Source: Candidatus Bathyarchaeia archaeon (GTDB lineage: Archaea; Thermoproteota; Bathyarchaeia; Bathyarchaeales; Bathycorpusculaceae). Taken from it: a stretch of DNA of 51,650 nucleotides. The stretch is from positions 1 through 51,650 of the forward strand of contig JBEKGO010000014.1 of assembly GCA_050012755.1 (NCBI GenBank), written 5' to 3'. Each line of letters begins with the position of its first letter. Within the stretch, counting starts at the first letter, position 1. The notes under the pieces are model-generated. The model ran no database searches and was not told the origin of the DNA. It saw only the letters and a list, made by a program, of their open reading frames with translations. Positions 48,181 to 51,650 of the stretch are shown in pieces. The position numbers were made by a program, and so were the translations under genes.

Positions 48181-48323
48181 GTTAGCACTTCCTCACACTA
48201 AACTATTTGCGGTAAGTGCCTTTTAGCTCTCCCTAAAGAACAGATTGTTCCGCATAAAGAACAGAAGGTCTAAATTAGGTCTAACCATAAGACAGATGCA
48301 TTTTCCTGAACGCGCGCTTCGAG

Positions 48324-49331
48324 TCAAACACGTAACCAAAACGTTAGCAACACATAAGCTGCAAAGAATGTCAATCCGAATACCAGACCGTACCATGGTA
48401 TCCTCCTTCTGTAGACAAAGAAAAACATCAACAACGAGACTACTGAAGTGGCTAGAACACTCAGATAAACCTGAATGTCTAGCGTCCATGAAGTAACAAA
48501 CAGCCCAATCGCAGGGTACAACGTGGAATAAAGAACTTTCTCGCCAACCAGTGACCCTATGCTTAACGTGTCTTTTCCTCTAAATCCCCAAATCAAAGCG
48601 CTTGCGGTCTCGGGAACCGCTGTCGCCATAGGTATCACAATTATCGCCAATCCCAAAACGCTAACTCCCAAGCTGACAGCTATCTGGTTCACGGCAGACA
48701 CCAACTGGCTTGCACCAAAATAAAGGATAACGACTGAAACAATCAACTGGGCAAAACCAGCCAGCTCTCTGTTTCGGCAAACTCGGCAAAAGTAAGGTTG
48801 CTCGGCCTCACTGATGGCTTCAAGTGAACGTCTTTTGTACATTATTGCTAGGTAAACAAAATAGGAACCTAGGAAAATCAATCCAAAAAGAAAATGCGCT
48901 ATCCTTGACGAGAACAAGGATGGTATAAGAGTAAACGGGAACAGGATTGTTACGAAAATGAACGGTATCGCCAATGTCCGACTTACTTCCATGTAATTGT
49001 GTTTTCGCTTCTTTAGAATGAAACTTAAGAGAACCAAAACCCCAACCAACCCGTACGAAAGACTAGACGCCATAAAAGGCTGACCAAATATTGTACCTAC
49101 TCCTATTGCAGAACCGTTCGTTCCTCCAAACTCAAAAACCGCAATCAAAAGAATGGTAAGCTCAGGAAGCGAAGTAAATAGCGGAGACAAAATAGCTCCA
49201 ACAAAAGAACCGCCCATACTGTATCTGAAGCCCAGAAACTCGATGGAGTTAACGTACAGCAAAGCCGAAACAAGAACGGCCAGAATGCTGAATATCAAGA
49301 GCAGAACGGAGTCTATCATTGCAATTTCCAA
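48324..49331 (-). CDS. Sodium:calcium antiporter (CaCA family)
   Basis: Two alpha-repeats, FTSLPE...GVGTIFG and ATAVPE...GSLVG. Confidence 0.87.
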   Translation of the reverse strand: MEIAMIDSVLLLIFSILAVLVSALLYVNSIEFLGFRYSMGGSFVGAILSPLFTSLPELTILLIAVFEFGGTNGSAIGVGTIFGQPFMASSLSYGLVGVLVLLSFILKKRKHNYMEVSRTLAIPFIFVTILFPFTLIPSLFSSRIAHFLFGLIFLGSYFVYLAIMYKRRSLEAISEAEQPYFCRVCRNRELAGFAQLIVSVVILYFGASQLVSAVNQIAVSLGVSVLGLAIIVIPMATAVPETASALIWGFRGKDTLSIGSLVGEKVLYSTLYPAIGLFVTSWTLDIQVYLSVLATSVVSLLMFFFVYRRRIPWYGLVFGLTFFAAYVLLTFWLRV

Positions 49332-49734
49332 GTTGAGTCGAAGGTCTATATCTGCATATCCTTTTTGGCTTGTTATTTTCGATATTCAGTCTGGCATGCC
49401 CACGAAATCATAGCCAGCGTTAAACGCTCCGCTACGCTCAAAAAACCAAAATGGCTAACCAAGATAGCTATTTCTCAGAACGCAAACGACCACAACCCAG
49501 AAAATCATAACTTATACTAAACTTATCAAAAAAGCCGTGAGAGAATGGCTTACACAAATACCCAAAAATCGGGAAAGGGCGTCAAGATAGTCAGTAAAGG
49601 AATTGATAACACAGGTTTACTTGCAAGAAAATCTCACGTAACGGAAATTAATATGCTCTTGAAGGAACTAAACTAGAGTTAGAAAAAAAGGGGAGTATAA
49701 GTCTCCTTTGTTGTAGTTCGAGCTCGTTCTACAG

Positions 49735-50535
49735 TCATAGTGGGGTTAGTTTTGTGGTTTGTCGTTTCCGTAGGAGGTAGAATCCTAAAAGCATAGCTGC
49801 AGAAGATAGTATCAAAATAGGGCCTATGCTAATACTCTCTGGTATTGAGGCGGCATAGTCCGCTATTAGTCCCCAGCTATTCGGGTTGTCAGTTGAGGCT
49901 GGTGGGGTTGGTGGCCAAGCTATCGATCCTTGGGCTGCGTGATCCGCGCTGTACATAGCAACATAAACTCCATCAGGCGGCGCACTTGCGCCCCAATCGC
50001 CTAGGGATCCCTTGTCTGCTTGTACTTCCAAGATCCAGTGGCTGTAGGGGATGTAAGAAGATGTGCTTAAGCTGTCTTTCCACGTTACTGCATTTTTCTG
50101 TGCCGTTGAAGCGGCAACCCAAGCTGTTCCGCTTCCTACATACACAGCAAGTGTTGTGTGCCCTGTAATCACAATTTTAACATCGTTTGCTTGAGGAGCA
50201 GTGCCACCGGCGGCGCCGCCGTCGATGCATATTGTCCAGGTGTCCGCAGCATTAGTTGTATTGTAAGGTGATTCGAGAAGGAATGACATCAGATATGTTC
50301 CGGAGTTCGTATCCATTTTGTAACCAAATATAGCATTTGTTCCACCTACGTTGAGGTTTATCCACGCGTCACTCCATTCAGTAGAGCTTGTCCACTTTCC
50401 GTCAACAGTGACCGCATTAACAGTGTAAGCTTCAGTCATCGAATAGCCTGCTGCAGATGCCTTGATTGGCTGTGCTAGCAATATACTGCTGAGCATGAGC
50501 ATGCAAAGAAGAGCAATTAAGTAAATTTTTTTCAA
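49735..50535 (-). CDS. Secreted protein with a CBM9/DOMON-like region and PEF-CTERM-like sorting signal
   Basis: Signal peptide; VTVDGKW...EWSDA; C-terminal IPE + TM + RKR. Confidence 0.7.
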   Translation of the reverse strand: MKKIYLIALLCMLMLSSILLAQPIKASAAGYSMTEAYTVNAVTVDGKWTSSTEWSDAWINLNVGGTNAIFGYKMDTNSGTYLMSFLLESPYNTTNAADTWTICIDGGAAGGTAPQANDVKIVITGHTTLAVYVGSGTAWVAASTAQKNAVTWKDSLSTSSYIPYSHWILEVQADKGSLGDWGASAPPDGVYVAMYSADHAAQGSIAWPPTPPASTDNPNSWGLIADYAASIPESISIGPILILSSAAMLLGFYLLRKRQTTKLTPL

Positions 50536-50803
50536 CGCAAATTTCTCCTTTTTTTGAGTAAAGATATATCTAATTGGTTCGCCTTAAGAATTTTTCTATA
50601 GACTAGAATATTGATGAAGAAATTCGTTCTAGGTTTGAACATCAACACCTAAATTGACAGCCTACGGAACCCTGCTAAATGAAATACCGTCTCCAAATTC
50701 CAACCTTCTGATGCAAAGTTAATTGGCGAGTAAAGAATCCAAAACTCTACCATGATTATAGGTTTCTCAAAAAATAGAAAAATGAAAAAATGGAGTTTTT
50801 TTG

Positions 50804-51466
50804 TTAGACGGGTGTTGGCGTTGGTGAACTTGCGGCTTCCATCGGGGACGGCTGTGCTTCCTTTGGCTTCATCGTGAAAAACGCAATTGCCAAGATCAGT
50901 GCTGCTATCCACATGAGAATTAGACCTAAACCAATAAGGATAATCAAAACTGCTCCTATCAACAACAGCAATCCTGCAGTTGAGAATAGGCCTGTACCCG
51001 ATTTTTCCGTGACCTGTCTAAGCGAGCGTCTAAGAAGGAAGGTTGCGATTATTGCAAATACCCAAAGGATAACGAAAACCACAATGGCGGCTGTAATGAA
51101 AGGTACAACGTCTGAAAAACTGATGTTGCTAGTGTTTGGTGTCCCAGAAATTGATGGAAGAGTTGACAAGCTGCCGTTCCAACTATATCCAAGTTTTGTC
51201 AAGAAATCTTGAAGCTTTGGAAGAACGAGTGCAATGCCAACTGCCGCCGCGACTACAACACCAACTATGCCGGTAATTATTCCATAAAGTGCATTACTGA
51301 AGATTCCATTTTCTTTATAGTAGCCGGCGAAACCATGTAACGCAACTAGAACAAGTATTGCTCCAATAAGTTCGACGATGCCAAAAGTGTCAATGTATGG
51401 AAATATGCCAACAAACATTAATAGTGCGCCTACGCCACCCAAATTTTTGCTCGATTCAAGAGTCAT
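50804..51466 (-). CDS. DUF996 family membrane protein
   Basis: KNLGGVGALL, YY....IF.NALY and F.TAG.LLLIGA.L.ILIG motifs. Confidence 0.82.
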   Translation of the reverse strand: MTLESSKNLGGVGALLMFVGIFPYIDTFGIVELIGAILVLVALHGFAGYYKENGIFSNALYGIITGIVGVVVAAAVGIALVLPKLQDFLTKLGYSWNGSLSTLPSISGTPNTSNISFSDVVPFITAAIVVFVILWVFAIIATFLLRRSLRQVTEKSGTGLFSTAGLLLLIGAVLIILIGLGLILMWIAALILAIAFFTMKPKEAQPSPMEAASSPTPTPV

Positions 51467-51531
51467 TATTTTTTCCCCTGTTTTTCTGTCATCTTATTTA
51501 GCATAAAAGCTTTTTCATGCTTGTCCACCAT

Positions 51532-51650
51532 TGTTCTATCTTTAAAATAGGCTACATTCTCCCTAAAATGGGGGAGTGCTTGGTTGGAAAGAGATCGGGA
51601 AAAACTTAGAAAATGGATAATCAAAAAGAAACTTGAAGGTAGAGCCGTTA
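51532..51650 (+). mobile_element. Left end of an IS481-like insertion sequence: left inverted repeat (51532..51556) plus transposase start (51584 to window end)
   Basis: TGTTCTATCTTTAAAATAGGCTACA matches the inverted repeat at 97..121. A GGGGAG RBS precedes TTG and MERDREKLRKWIIKKKLEGRAV, which runs off the window. Confidence 0.82.

Noticed and set aside
262-51212. Many short antisense or nested ORFs inside long genes (e.g. 1495, 2107, 9997, 14101, 26017, 31258, 37280, 50874)
   Set aside because: They are shadow frames of well-supported genes, with no independent motifs.
1-51650. A circular element containing one IS copy
   Set aside because: The sequences flanking the two IS ends do not form a target-site duplication, and the content is core chromosomal (tRNAs, L38e).

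Overview
An archaeal chromosomal segment, most likely Bathyarchaeia. This is inferred from L38e, a Cren7-like protein, Tsr3, Hjc, methanofuran genes, many TTG starts and Pro-rich/IPE-TM C-termini. The two ends of the window carry the right and left ends of one IS481-like element family (25-bp terminal inverted repeats, 22/25 identical). Main contents: an mfnB-A-D-F-E methanofuran operon with a divergent HisA-like gene; an MMPL transporter; a REC-PAS histidine kinase beside an integrase relic at tRNA-Phe; four tRNAs (Phe-GAA, Val-CAC, Ser-TGA, Val-GAC); an NAD/MTA salvage cluster (pncA, nnr, tsr3, macro domain, apt, mtnP); an ArsR/ABC/HtrA envelope module; a DUF2400-nuclease fusion; glgP with a PAS-only partner; and an accessory region with integrase-like remnants and 42-bp direct repeats. 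Two signals stand out as unexplained. The first is an 18-29 bp non-palindromic motif (AAATGTGTTT[G/T]GTTGATGCTTT[T/C]GTATAC) with at least 7 copies in both orientations, confined to 17.9-27.0 kb around a gene-poor stretch and two convergent PD-(D/E)XK nucleases. The second is a strand-specific 26-bp RNA helix with five G-U pairs forming the 5' leader of the ABC operon. All family assignments come from motif recognition by eye; no searches were run.
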